From Hormiphora californensis (lineage: Eukaryota > Animalia > Ctenophora), in contig CM035352.1 in the NCBI GenBank assembly GCA_020137815.1, positions 6,200,001 through 6,264,000 of the forward strand: a DNA stretch of 64,000 nt, given 5' to 3'. Below the pieces are notes generated by a model. The model searched no databases. It was not told where the DNA came from and saw only the letters and a program-made list of their open reading frames with translations. How positions within the stretch are numbered: the stretch's first letter is position 1; the number at the start of each line of letters is the position of its first letter. Shown piece after piece: positions 44,222 to 57,200 of the stretch. The position numbers were made by a program, and so were the translations under genes.

Positions 44222-44650
44222 ATACTAGATCCAAAAACCAAACAAGTTTGGTGGATAACCGGGGCCGCAGAATAGAAATTAAAAAACGTGCTGTTAAATT
44301 CGCGTTTCCATGATAGTCAGCCATTCTTTCAAAACACACTATGATTCTGTAAAACAGACTCTGAAACGACCCACTGTGTGCTGTACATTATGTGTGATAT
44401 TTGTGGAACTGTATGTATGAAAATGTGGAAAATAAATTAATGATGATAATATTTTGATCATTGCAATAGTTTTCCTGGCGTATAGTTTGAAAATGTTGCT
44501 GGTCCTGATCATGGAATCGCGAATTTAACAGCACCCCAGGCTCCGAAAGTTCATGTATCAAAACTTTCGCACGTTTTTTGATTTCTATTCTGCGGCCCCG
44601 GCAATCCACCAAACTTGTTTGGTTTATGGATCTAGTTATATCAAGTATCA
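44222..44650. mobile_element. MITE-like inverted repeat just upstream of OLA1
   Basis: ACTAGATCCAAAAACCAAACAAGTTTGGTGGAT..AAAAAACGTGC is mirrored at ~44569-44636. Confidence 0.65.
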
Positions 44651-44750
44651 AGTATATTTTATAGACTGCGTTTTAAGGTTCTTCTCCTACTCAATACCCC
44701 AATACCCCAATACCCCAATATCTCCTCCCCAATAACTCCTTGTTATAGAG

Positions 44751-47700
44751 ATGCCTCCTAAGAAGAAGGATGTTGCTGAGGAGAAAAGTCCTCTTTTCCT
44801 GGGACGATTCGGTACCTCCCTGAAAATTGGTATTGTTGGTGTTCCTAACGTTGGCAAGAGCACATTCTTCAATTGTCTTTGCAAACAGGTGAGAGAGATA
44901 GAGGGAGGGAGAGAGAGAGAAAGAGAAAGATAGACTATAGACTGTACTGAGAGAGATAGAGAAAGAAATACAGTGGGGAAGAAATCAAGAAAGTATTACC
45001 AGATTTCCAAGATCTATAGTATATGATACATTACCCTTTTCAGAGTATTCCAGCTGAAAACTTCCCCTTCTGTACTATCGACCCTAACGAGAGCAGAGTT
45101 GAGGTTCCCGATGCCAGGTTTGATTGGTTGTGTAACCACTTCGGACCCCCATCCAAGGTTCCTGCATATCTGAGTGTAGTGGATATTGCCGGTCTGGTCA
45201 GGGGCGCTAGCGAGGTAATTAGGGGAATCTTTAAATCGGCTGAAAATATTGTGATGTGTGTTCATTTCTATTTTATCGAGCTACTTTGACTACAAATGTC
45301 TCCATCCCTCACCAATAATTCTTCTTGCAGGGTGAAGGTCTGGGTAACGCCTTTCTGTCCCATATTTCCGCCTGTGATGCCATCTTCAGTATGATGCGAG
45401 TATTTGATGATCCTGATGTTACTCACGTTGATGGAGATGTAAGTAAATAAACTGTGTGAGAGGGACTGTGTGAGAAGGACATCAAATTAACAAGTGTTTA
45501 CACTTTTCACGTTCGAATCAGCCCAAAATTTTTCTCCGTGTGGCTTACCAAACAGCCGTTTACACTTCTTTCTCCACTCGCAGGTAGACCCAATTAGAGA
45601 CACGGAAACTATATTCGCCGAACTGCGTCTAAAGGACATTGAGTATTTGACTAACAATATTGAAAAAGTGGGCAAGGTTGTGGCTCGAATGGGAGACAAA
45701 GACAAAGTTGCAAAGAACGAGTACGAGACAATGTTAAAGGTATGTATGAAGGATACATTATGTATCCTAGTATAACTTACATTGTAAAATTTTGAGATAT
45801 AATATAATTCTTTAGGTAGCACTGCTTGTACAACTTATAACACTGGGCAGTGTTATAAGTGAAAACTTATAACACTGGGCAGTGTTATAAGTGAAAACTT
45901 ATAACACTGCCCAGTTATACATGAAAACTTATAACACTGCTGTACTTCGAACTCCACTGTTTCTGTCACGTTTAAAAACCGTTAGAAAGATAAACGTGTA
46001 CGAACTCCCTCTCTCTCTTTCTTTATGTCACACTCTCACGCCGTTGCAGCATCGAAATCAAGATAACAGTTACGAACTCCCGGACCCACACATTCTTTAT
46101 CTCTCACTCTCACTAATCTCTCACTCTCTTTACCTATCTCAGGCGTTATCTTATCTTATACTGATTTCTCTGCCTGCTACCTTATCATGAATTTGTTCTA
46201 TTGTTACGCCCTATGCTAAAGTGTCTCTCACTCTTGTTTAAAAAATTTTACAATGCAATTTTATTATGCCTGTTTTCGTTGTACCTGACGTCAACAATAA
46301 TGTCCCAGATTCGTACACTTTTAGACCTCGCAGGCTCGGTCAAAAAGTAAAACTACATCACTCGCAGGCTCGTGAGGTAGTCAAACTTAGTGGCACTCGC
46401 AGGCTCGTGCACTAAAGTACAAGAATCTGCCTCGACCTGTGGTCTCGGATCATTATTGTTGCACTTATAACACTCGACCTTCGGTCTCGTGTTATAAGTT
46501 TTCAGGTACAACTTATAGGCATAATAAAATCCTACAGAATATATGGCATATTGCATTGGTGGTACAACATTTTGAATATGTATATGCACAGGGGGTCGGG
46601 ATGTGGCGTCTTACCTGCTGTTTAGCGTAGGGCGCGCCACCGAACGGTCCACCATGTATCGCGTTTCAGTTGTCACCACTGCGCCCGCGCGCGCACCAAC
46701 TCAACAGTTTACACATCAAGTTCGAACGATTTGCATGAACTTGAACTTTGAAGTGAGTCATGCACATTGATTGAAGCATGAATTTCCCAGGCTAATTATC
46801 GACCCATTTTCAGGCGAAGGCATTGTTAGAGGAGGGTAAGGATGTAAGGAAGTGTGATTGGGCAAATAAGGAAATTGAGGCACTAAACAAACATCTTCTT
46901 TTGACCAGCAAACCAGTCATCTACCTCATCAACATGAGTGAGAAGGATTACTGCAAAAAGAAGAACAAGTGGCTCCTAAAGATCAAACAGGTTTGTACCA
47001 GATCGTTTGTTTAGGAGCTCTAAACTATCCCTCCTTTCTCCTACTACACGATCCCCTCTCCCTCAGTATTTGGACGAGAACGACCCTGGTGCTGTTATGA
47101 TCCCGTTCTCTGGAGCTTTGGAACAGGTCCTTTTGGATGAACCAGAGAATGCCAAGGCTTACCTGGAAGAGAGAAAGACAACTAGTGCCCTGAGCAAGAT
47201 TATCACCACTGGTTTTAAAGCCCTGGGTCTCCAGTACTTCTTTACTGTCGGAGCAGATGAGGTTAGTACGATAGCCACTTTTCTACTGTCTGACCTGTAT
47301 GGAGGCGCCATACCCCATTTGATTCTCAGTGCGCTCAGATGGGTCGCGGCGCCAGACAGTGTCTGACCGAGGCCGTTTTTTATTGTGTACTAGGTCAGGG
47401 CATAGCAGGGCGTGGCTGGTTTCTTCCCTTGTCAGATTAACCAGTTAGAAACTAATGGCTTTTTTTCCCTTTTTTTCGACGTCAGCGCTGCTATTTCTCG
47501 AACCATGTTGCAGTCCGACTATTGGATGTGACAACTGACTAATGGCTTCTATCTCAGGTTAGAGCATGGACTATCCCACGACACACTAAAGCTCCCCAAG
47601 CTGCTGGAAAGATCCACACAGATATGGAGCGAGGATTTATCAAAGCAGAGGTTTACTTGTATGATGATATAGTGGAACATAAGACTGAGGGTGCCGTCAA

Positions 47701-48016
47701 GGCTGCTGGTAAGTCATCAAGTACAATAGTCGTGCGGGTTGGTGGCAAAGACACCGTGCGCGCCAGGTGTCTATATGTCACCAACCGTGTGGGGTGACGT
47801 ACGGAACCACGAACTGCGAGCAAGGGATTCAGTAGCCTGGTGACCAGTTTCCAGATGCTCCGTTTCTCCTTATTAAAAGAAAGAGATATCCCCCAGAGAA
47901 ATAACAACACCACTATTTCCACAGGTCGGTACCGAATGGAGGGGAAGAATTATGAGATGCAGGATGGAGATATCGTCAATATCAAATTCAACGTGACTGA
48001 TGTCAAGAAGAAATAG
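44751..48016 (+). CDS. OLA1: Obg-like ATPase 1 (YchF family), 8 exons
   Basis: [105 protein letters not shown]. Confidence 0.96.
47295..47359. mobile_element. Micro-MITE family A in an OLA1 intron
   Basis: TSD TGTCTGAC at 47287-47294 and 47360-47367. Confidence 0.85.
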
Positions 48017-48746
48017 ACACTGCATCTCTCTCAGGGGATCATTTTTCATTTTTTAAACGTCTTATTTGATGGAGCCTTTTCTCAAGAAACTACTGTGTTT
48101 TTCATTCACTGGTTACAGAACTGCAGACAACTCTCGATTTGCCGGATTATAGTCCCAACCGGATGGTAAAATCTCCCTAATAATCCATTATACTATACTA
48201 GAATAATAGATGATTAGGGAAATTTATAGACCCTCTATAGATCGGTCTACTGTGTAGATATCAAGTCATTTGTCCAAAAATTAAACGCCGACCCAATCTG
48301 AGCGCCAAACACGTCTCCTACTATTCCATGCAGCGAATCAAGAGTTGTCTGTAGGATGAATAATCAAAGTAAAACTCGGATCTAAAAACGGCAAAACTCA
48401 AAGTTAAATTTACATGTGTACACTTTCACAGAATTACTTTCAGTCTTGGGTGGCCCTGAAACAGACATCGGGTCGATTCAGACCTTCAGAGTTCTCTCTA
48501 GCAGTTCTTCTCAGTCTCATGCTACCGCTGCAACTCCCCTACTACGAATACAAATGGTATCGTAGCAGTCTAGTTCAGTACTGTAGTATCTCCTCACAAC
48601 ACACAATAGTAACATAACCAGAGATATGATAACTAACACCCTGAAACATTATGAAAATGCAAAAATTGTTCAGATGGGCGGTGTCTATGCAGTCTCAAAT
48701 TTAAATTGTAACAAACTCGATTTAGTTAGGTAATTAATGAAAATAT

Positions 48747-48855
48747 CAGGAACCGACCGAATCTGGAAATACTGGTCCCTGATTGGCTGATAACCAGTCA
48801 CGTGACCTAAATAACGAGTTTTGATTGGTTGTTTACTTGTTTCGGTCGGTTCCTA
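48747..48855. mobile_element. 109-bp hAT-like MITE (family C), reverse orientation
   Basis: TSD GAAAATAT on both sides. Confidence 0.9.
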
Positions 48856-49153
48856 GAAAATATTAACTCACGCTACTGCGACGGTCAATTGGAAGGAATC
48901 AATTGAACTCAGATTGGATTGTTGTTAGACCAACGTGTCACAAGATAACACACACTCAATGTTAATCAAAATGAAGAATGAGATACTTCACTACTCAAAT
49001 TCAATATAGCAGTTCTTACTTCTTCTTACAAAACTAAATCATTGAGCTTGACTGGGTGACGAGGTACAATAATCATTTTGTGTGAAGCACCATTAGCCAA
49101 TTACACCCGTGTGCAGGCAGAAAAGCGCACGTAATTGTAATTTTCTCTATGAG

Positions 49154-49268
<115 letters not shown>

Positions 49269-49664
49269 CGATTTTCTAGAAGTATGGTGAAGTTGAACAA
49301 TAATAATTGTTTCCTCTCACCCAATCTCTTTCTCAAAATAAATTTCCCAGCGTAGATATTTAATCAACGGTACGAAAATCTAGAATGAGTCCATGATATT
49401 GATACCCCACTAAAAGTAAAGCAAGAGTCCTTCAAAAATTGTTCGGTATGACCCCGGCATGACCCATATTCTTCGTTTAATCATGGCCAGGATTCCAAAG
49501 TGATCCAGCAGAGCTTCTCTAAGTTGTGATTTTCTCTGCAAGTAGGGGTTTTGGATCTCCAGTAACGGATGCCTCTGTGTCAGGGAAATACTGGACAGCT
49601 CCAGTAACTTCTCCATCCAATGATACCTGTAAATACGGTCGGATAGTTAAATGGATTGGGTACA

Positions 49665-52600
49665 TGCAATAAGTATTGAATTTGTAGCTTTCTTTTTCAA
49701 CCGATATAACAAGATTAATTGCATTATGTTCTAACATAATGCTGAATTTCCCTGCCATGCTGTCAGAGCATTGGCCTGACCCATTCTCGTTCGCGCGAGA
49801 ACTGTGGTCAGAGCATTGGCCTGACAGCTGCCATGTGAATCTATGAAGAAAGGAAATCATGACCAGATCCGCTGTAGCAGCAAGCGGGACACAAAATCCC
49901 GATCATTTATATATCACACAAACAGTATAGAGCAAATCCTTGTGTTTTAGTAGCACTAAATTGCGCGCCACGCCGCTACATTGCGCGCCACACATTTCCT
50001 GAAAACGTGCCAATGAAGTGGTTTATGAAGGAGCAGCTCGTAACTGTGTGCGCGGCTCTTGTTGCTACACCGTTGCCCCTCGCAACTAAAGTGTGACCAA
50101 AATGGTCCCTCTACCGATTAGTTAGTAGGGGGGGGGGGGTGACACGTAACACTTTGTAACACTTTGTAACATGTAACGTGCACAAAAAGTTTTCTGCACA
50201 TGTTACAAAGTGTTACAAAGTGTTACATAGTGTTACAAAGTGTTACAAAGTTTTACAAAGTGTTACATAGTGTTACATAGTGTTACAAAGTGTTACATAG
50301 TGTTACAAAGTGTTACATAGTGTTACAAAGTGTTACATAGTGTTACAAAGTGTTACATAGTGTTACATTGTGTTACAAAGTGTTACATAGTGTTACAAAG
50401 TGTCACAAAGTGTTACAAATTGTTACAAAGTGTTACAAATTGTTACAAAATATTTACAAAATATATAAGACGGTAGGTGAATAAGTAATTTGAACGACTG
50501 TGGTGTCTTTCTAGAACACATCTAAAAGTTTTAAATCATTTCTAGGGTTAAAACATACACTTTTTTACTAATTTGCGGATGTTTTGAGCCTCCGATGTCA
50601 TCGACTGTGGAAATCAGGGCTGAAATAGTCCATTTGGTAAAGAAAAATATGAACTTTAGACAACGGTAAAGTTTTTAGAGTGATATTAAAAGTATTGTGC
50701 CTCTCAGAGGCCCTCAATGTGCTGAGTCACCTGTGAGTTGTGACCCAATCGACTTTTTTTCATTGGTAATCGATTCTTTGTACTTAATAAGATGATATAC
50801 AACGTTTCTGTTGGAAAAAGAAATAAAATTTTTCCAAAATCAATTTTTTGGTCAAAGATTGAAAATTTGCTTCGCTACAAATCCTTGTGTGTTTGTAAAT
50901 ATTTTGTAACAATTTGTAACAGTGGTCATCCAACATAATTGCCATACCTCGACGTGAAATTCGACGAGAATCTCGACCTGGAATGAGGCGCGCATTCGTA
51001 GTGAGAGAGACACAAAGACTAGCGAGAGAAAAGAGTTGAAGCGCGACATCATTTTCTTACTGCGGCACATCTCTCTGATGCGCGGCTCATTCCAGGTCGA
51101 GATCTAGGTCGAATTTCACGTCGGAATATGTCGGAGGACCACTGTAACACTTTGTAACAATTTGTAACACTTTGTGACACTATGCAATAAGTATTGAATT
51201 TGTAGCTTTCTTTTTCAACCGATATAACAAGATTAATTGCATTATGTTCTAACATAATGCTGAATTTCCCTGCCATGCTGTCAGAGCATTGGCCTGACCC
51301 ATTCTCGTTCGCGCGAGAACTGTGGTCAGAGCATTGGCCTGACAGCTGCCATGTGAATCTATGAAGAAAGGAAATCATGACCAGATCACTATGTGGTCAT
51401 GTCCGATAGGCTCGCGAGATCTCCCAATTTTGAGACAAAACGCGCAGCAGAGGCCCAGATTTGACCCAGATCCGTTCTCATTGCGCGTTTTTACGTGTAA
51501 AAGCAGCGCTGACAAGAGATTTTTTAGCACAAACGTCGCATTAAATGTATGACCGCATAGGACCGGTTTTAAACTACGGGTTGTAAAGTGACCTCTAGCC
51601 CTATAGCTTTCTTTTGATACCAAACTTTAGTCTGCGCTTTGAACAGACGCCTGTTTTTGGGCTGTAGGGCGAACTTTGATTCAATCCTGTCAAAAATCTA
51701 TCGCATTTTTTACTGAATTGTGGGTATCAAATGATCTTTAGACGATTCCCTGCAATTGTCATACATCTTTCAGAACATAAGAAAGCACACGCAGGCGTGC
51801 ACGCTCCCCTAAAGTGGCTTACAAAATCGTGCAAAACACAGAAAAACGGGTGATTCCTATCGGACAAATGCGCGTTTTGACCACATAGTGCAGATCCGCT
51901 GTAGCAGCAAGCGGGACACAAAATCCCGATCATTTATATATCACACAAACAGTATAGAGCAAATCCTTGTGTTTTAGTAGCACTAAATTGCGCGCCACGC
52001 CGCTACATTGCGCGCCACACATTTCCTGAAAACGTGCCAATGAAGTGGTTCATGAAGGAGCAGCTCGTAACTGTGTGCGCGGCTCTTGTTGCTACACCGT
52101 TGCCCCTCGCAACTAAAGTGTGACCAAAATGGTCCCTCTACCGATTAGTTAGTAGGGGGGGGGGGGGGGGTGACACGTAACACTTTGTAACACTTTGTAA
52201 CATGTAACGTGCACAAAAAGTTTTCTGCACATGTTACAAAGTGTTACATAGTGTTACAAAGTGTTACATAGTGTTACAAAGTGTTACAAAGTTTTACAAA
52301 GTGTTACATAGTGTTACATAGTGTTACAAAGTGTTACAAAGTGTTACATAGTGTTACAAAGTGTTACATAGTGTTACAAAGTGTTACATAGTGTTACATT
52401 GTGTTACAAAGTGTTACATAGTGTTACAAAGTGTCACAAAGTGTTACAAATTGTTACAAAGTGTTACAAATTGTTACAAAATATTTACAAAATATATAAG
52501 ACGGTAGGTGAATAAGTAATTTGAACGACTGTGGTGTCTTTCTAGAACACATCTAAAAGTTTTAAATCATTTCTAGGGTTAAAACATACACTTTTTTACT

Positions 52601-52950
52601 AATTTGCGGATGTTTTGAGCCTCCGATGTCATCGACTGTGGAAATCAGGGCTGAAATAGTCCATTTGGTAAAGAAAAATATGAACTTTAGACAACGGTAA
52701 AGTTTTTAGAGTGATATTAAAAGTATTGTGCCTCTCAGAGGCCCCCAATGTGCTGAGTCACCTGTGAGTTGTGACCCAATCGACTTTTTTTCATTGGTAA
52801 TCGATTCTTTGTACTTAATAAGATGATATACAACGTTTCTGTTGGAAAAAGAAATAAAATTTTTCCAAAATCAATTTTTTGGTCAAAGATTGAAAATTTG
52901 CTTCGCTACAAATCCTTGTGTGTTTGTAAATATTTTGTAACAATTTGTAA
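49665..52950. repeat. Local segmental duplication (49665-49868 ~ 51183-51388; ~49865-50922 ~ 51892-52950)
   Basis: Near-identical blocks. The ORF MISFLHRFTWQLSGQ.. is duplicated in the ORF track. Confidence 0.85.
49760..49827. mobile_element. Micro-MITE family B (duplicated at ~51278-51345)
   Basis: Termini CTGTCAG/CTGACAG. 8-bp TSD CTGCCATG. Confidence 0.8.
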
Positions 52951-53210
52951 CACTTTGTAACAATTTGTAACACTTTGTGACACTATGTAACACTTTGTGA
53001 CACTTTGTAACACTATGTAACACTTTGTAACACTATGTAACACTTTGTAACACTATGTAACACTATGTAACACTTTGTAACACTATGTAACACTTTGTAA
53101 CACTATGTAACACTTTGTAACACTTTGTAACATGTAACGTGCACAAAAAGTTTTCTGCACATGTTACAAAGTGTTACAAAGTGTTACGTGTCACCCCCCC
53201 CCCCCCCCCC
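52155..53210. mobile_element. Foldback-like non-autonomous DNA element with inverted arrays of 10-bp subrepeats; partial copy at ~50128-51185
   Basis: (G)nTGACACGTAACACTTTGTAAC.. at the left and ..GTTACAAAGTGTTACGTGTCA(C)n at the right. (GTGTTACAWA)n and (TWTGTAACAC)n arrays face each other. Confidence 0.75.
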
Positions 53211-53433
53211 CATACCTGGTTTCTAGACTTGTCCATTTTATATTGTAAGACATGTAAAAACAACTGTATATTTTCACAGCCCTGTAAAAAACTGTATAAT
53301 GTTCACAGTTCACACCCTGTAAAAAACTGCTGTTTTACTTTTTACATTTTTACAACTCTTTATCGGCACGTGACGGCTGCTAGAAAGATTAAGGATAAGG
53401 GGATGACAACACGTACCTTAGTTCAGGTCCACC

Positions 53434-53500
53434 CTGTCTGGCGCCGCGACCCCATCTGAGCACACTGAGAATCAAATTGTGGTCTGGCGCCGCCAGACAG
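53434..53500. mobile_element. Micro-MITE family A
   Basis: TSD GGTCCACC at 53426-53433 and 53501-53508. Confidence 0.85.
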
Positions 53501-53617
53501 GGTCCACCCATCTTCTTAGCTTAGTGCTATACCATTGAACTCCATCTCGGCAGCTTCACAACACTCCGCTGAGACAGCAGATCAGTCTCGTTCATGAAAC
53601 TTAACCATGGTCTCCAC

Positions 53618-53726
53618 CAACAACCGACCGAATCAAGTAAACAACCAATCAGAACTTGTTATTTAGGTCACGTGACTGGTTATCAGCCAATCAGGGACCA
53701 GTATTCACTGGTTCGGTCGGTTCCTA
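53618..53726. mobile_element. 109-bp MITE family C, older copy
   Basis: Same internal sequence. Degenerate TSD GTCTCCAC/GTCCCCAT. Confidence 0.75.
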
Positions 53727-54241
53727 GTCCCCATCTTTTCCGTTAGTTTAACCAAACATTATCTGTTCAACACGAATGTGAAACTGGTAGGAAGTCCTTG
53801 GTCGATTTGGAGCATGCTAAAACGGTAAGATAAAATTCTCAGGTTCTCATCAAAAAGCTACTCGATGTTTTTTGAAGGGTGGGTTAGAAATAATACATTC
53901 ACAACTTGTTCATATTAACAACTTGTCCATATATTAACAATCGTCACATAATCACCGTTACAACACTAAAACACATACAAACATGTTCATACATTCATAG
54001 AGATTATTCAGATATAGCCATAAACGATCTACTATTTGATTCTACTACAATTCCCCAATATATAATGTTCCAAATTGTTTGTTACACGACTAAGATCTTA
54101 AAGTTTTGGGCTATTCGGGCAAAGAGATCGTAGCATAAAACCCATCGACCCCAGAACCTTTTAATTGGTCGGAAACTAGACGGTTAAACTGTGCTCCACA
54201 CAGATTTCAGAGAAATATACAAATAAACACGTTCAAAACAG

Positions 54242-57200
54242 TTATTGTCCCACAACTTGGAGGAATGATTGGCAGTTGTGTATCCCAGTAGATGCCAGGA
54301 CTATCTTGTTGGCAGGATTACTGATGTTCCACTGTTGAACGGCCTTTATCTCTTCAAATGTAATCCCACCCACCTGGGTCATGGGGAACAAAGTGGTTAG
54401 AGGGGAGGGGGGAACAAAGTGGTTAGAGGGGAGGGGGGAACAAAGTGGTTAGAGCGAGGGGGGCAGGGATCATAGTGGTTGAGTAAGGGGCGGGGGTCAC
54501 CCCTTACTCAATAAAGTTAGTGGTTCGAGCGAGTCTCTCAGCGGGAGGGGGTCATGGATAAAAGAGAAGAGGTTTAAATAGAGGGAGAATGAGAGTGTTA
54601 ACTGATTGCGAGAGAATATTCTTGAATCTTCTGGCAGTAGAAATTCTATAAATCTAGCTTATACCATTCTCTCTCTGGTCGAATATTGTAGGGGTCCGCG
54701 TATGGCGTCTGTGTGATACATATGAACTAGTGAGACCAGCTGGCTAGTATGTGACTTTCCTACAACAAGCCTAGTGATGTACGAATAATCAGAACATAAC
54801 ATATGACTTCTAGGAATTCTTTTAGAATGTTACATGATCACATTAACAGAACCAGACGGTATGTGATTACATGAATATTGTGTAGCTGGGAAACCGGATA
54901 GTGGACTTAGAAAATAACAACTCAATTTTCGAACTACCAATCCTGCATATGTAGGAGAGGGTAGAGTGATGGATGATTGTAATATAAGATGCTACACTCT
55001 CTCGCTGTGTTTTTTGAAGCGTGGCGGATTGATAATGAGATTGGTCATTTTAGACAACCTACCACAAAGACGATAATTTCGTTAACACGCACGATTGGAG
55101 CACCGCCAAGCCACGGAAAATCTGCTTCCCTCATCTTTCCTTGTATCATTTGCTGCAAAAAAAAAGGGTATCAAAGACAGTCAAGCGGAAGATTTGGGTG
55201 TAAGTGTGTATGCGGCGCGCACACTGATTTTCTCCCCATTTTCCCTGTTCTCGCGCGAGCAGCCCACCTCTCATGTCACGGCGCGTACCTGTACTAGCTC
55301 AATGAGGTATGGCTTGTGTTGCGTGTAGATATTCTCCACACCCTGCAGACCCTTGAAGTATTTCTTGGTCATCGCCACGGCCGTCTGCTCGCCAAAGAGT
55401 TGGCCACCCCGAACTGCCCTACCACCATAGTTTAGAATTGAGGTCGCCAACTGCGGTGGAAATTCAGAAATTAAAGGCCTTTATCATGGACGTGTCAAAG
55501 TAAAGGGAGACTGGAATTGTGTGGGCTTGAAAGTGAGATTATATAGGAATTTAGAGAGATATTCCCGGAATGATACCTTGCATTTTGCCTCGCTAAGACC
55601 CCGGGTTCGTAACACATCAACATACTGTCTAGGATTATATCCACTAGTACCCTCGTAACATACACAATACAGTAGAACCAATCGGAGTAGATCTATCTCT
55701 CTTACTGCGGGATTTCGCAACACGCTACCTAGCTATGGAGGGGAGAGGGAGGGGTTATAATTGAATATGCCACAATATGACAGCTTGTTTAATTCCTTGC
55801 TTTGAAAGTCACGAAATTCAACCCTCCCAACATCAACTCAATATATGAGAAAAGCTGTAAAAAGTCAGTAACTTCTAAGTTCTAGTTACTAACTAGTTAT
55901 TAGTTACTAACTAGTAACATACCCGTTGTTGTATTTCACTATGTGAAGTCTGTACAGACATCAGTTGTTCTAGTTCACTACACTCCATTAGATTGTGTTC
56001 CTGAACTATCCTAGATAACTCCCCAACTATTGCAACGTGCTTTGATACCGTGCCTGTGTGTGGGGAGTTGTTAGAAATAAAAGGAGAGAGCTGATAGAAA
56101 CAAAATTATCTACATTTCATTCACCCGTGCGGGGGGAAATGCGGGGTATTATTTGAGAGTTTCTTGATTCACAGAATTTTCAAAACGGAGTTTCAAATCT
56201 TGAATGGTCATATTACGGCATACTGCTAAGCATGGCACAAAACACCACAACAAACCGCCACGTGTCACCAAAATAACGCCACGTGTCGATTAGACCAGTA
56301 CATTACAACAGGGGGTATTAATTACCTGAGAACTTTTTAAACTGCGGGTAATTGTCCACAAACTTCTTCATATCTGTTATACTGTTAATAGCTGTTGTAC
56401 TGTGCTGCTGCTCCTGAAACTTCTCCACCAGATCCTTGATTTTAATTCCAATTTCCCCGAAATCGCAATTCAAGGAATCCGCAAAAAAGGAGTCCTGTTC
56501 CGGGGAAAGAGTTACCTCTCTCATGTCTTTAGAAATACCGGGGACTTCGCTGAGATCGACCCTGTTCTTCTCTATACCAAGGAGCTCGTGAACCATTGCG
56601 TGGTATGTCCACTAGGGGGGATTTGTGGTTAGTTAGGCGTGTGATTAGGGATGGGGGTTAAACAATGGTGGGTGTGCGATTATACAAGGGCAGATGAAAG
56701 AAATGGATTGTGATAAAATGGAGTGAGAAACAGGCCATGGTTTGTCTTGTTCGACCCTCCCTCCCGCGACGGAGATTTTATAAAACAAAATAAAAAGGTT
56801 TGAACAAAACAGGCCATGGTATAAGAAGGGAGTGAGAAAAAACCTGGTTTTTTGTTTGTTCAAACTCTTTTTATTTTTAAGAAGGAAATGAGAGAGTGAG
56901 TGAGAAACAATGGATAAGGGGATAAGAAGTGACAATACTAACCTGGTTGAGTAGCGGAGTAACAGGGTCATCTCGCCTATCTAAAACCAGTAGAAGGGGT
57001 GTCTCACCGCGTCTAAACTCAAACAAATGGCTGTTCTCCTTCATTATGTCCTGGTAGTATTATTATGGTCACAATGGATTAGGTCATCAAAACAGATGGG
57101 AGCAGGAGTGAATGTTTCAAACCTCGATTTCAACTGTACAATGTATACAACCCCCCCCCCCCCCCACACACACACGAACTCACACACACACACACACACA

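Noticed and set aside
49519-51378. Duplicated ORF MISFLHRFTWQLSGQ...
   Set aside because: Non-coding duplicated block spanning a micro-MITE, with no protein-family features.
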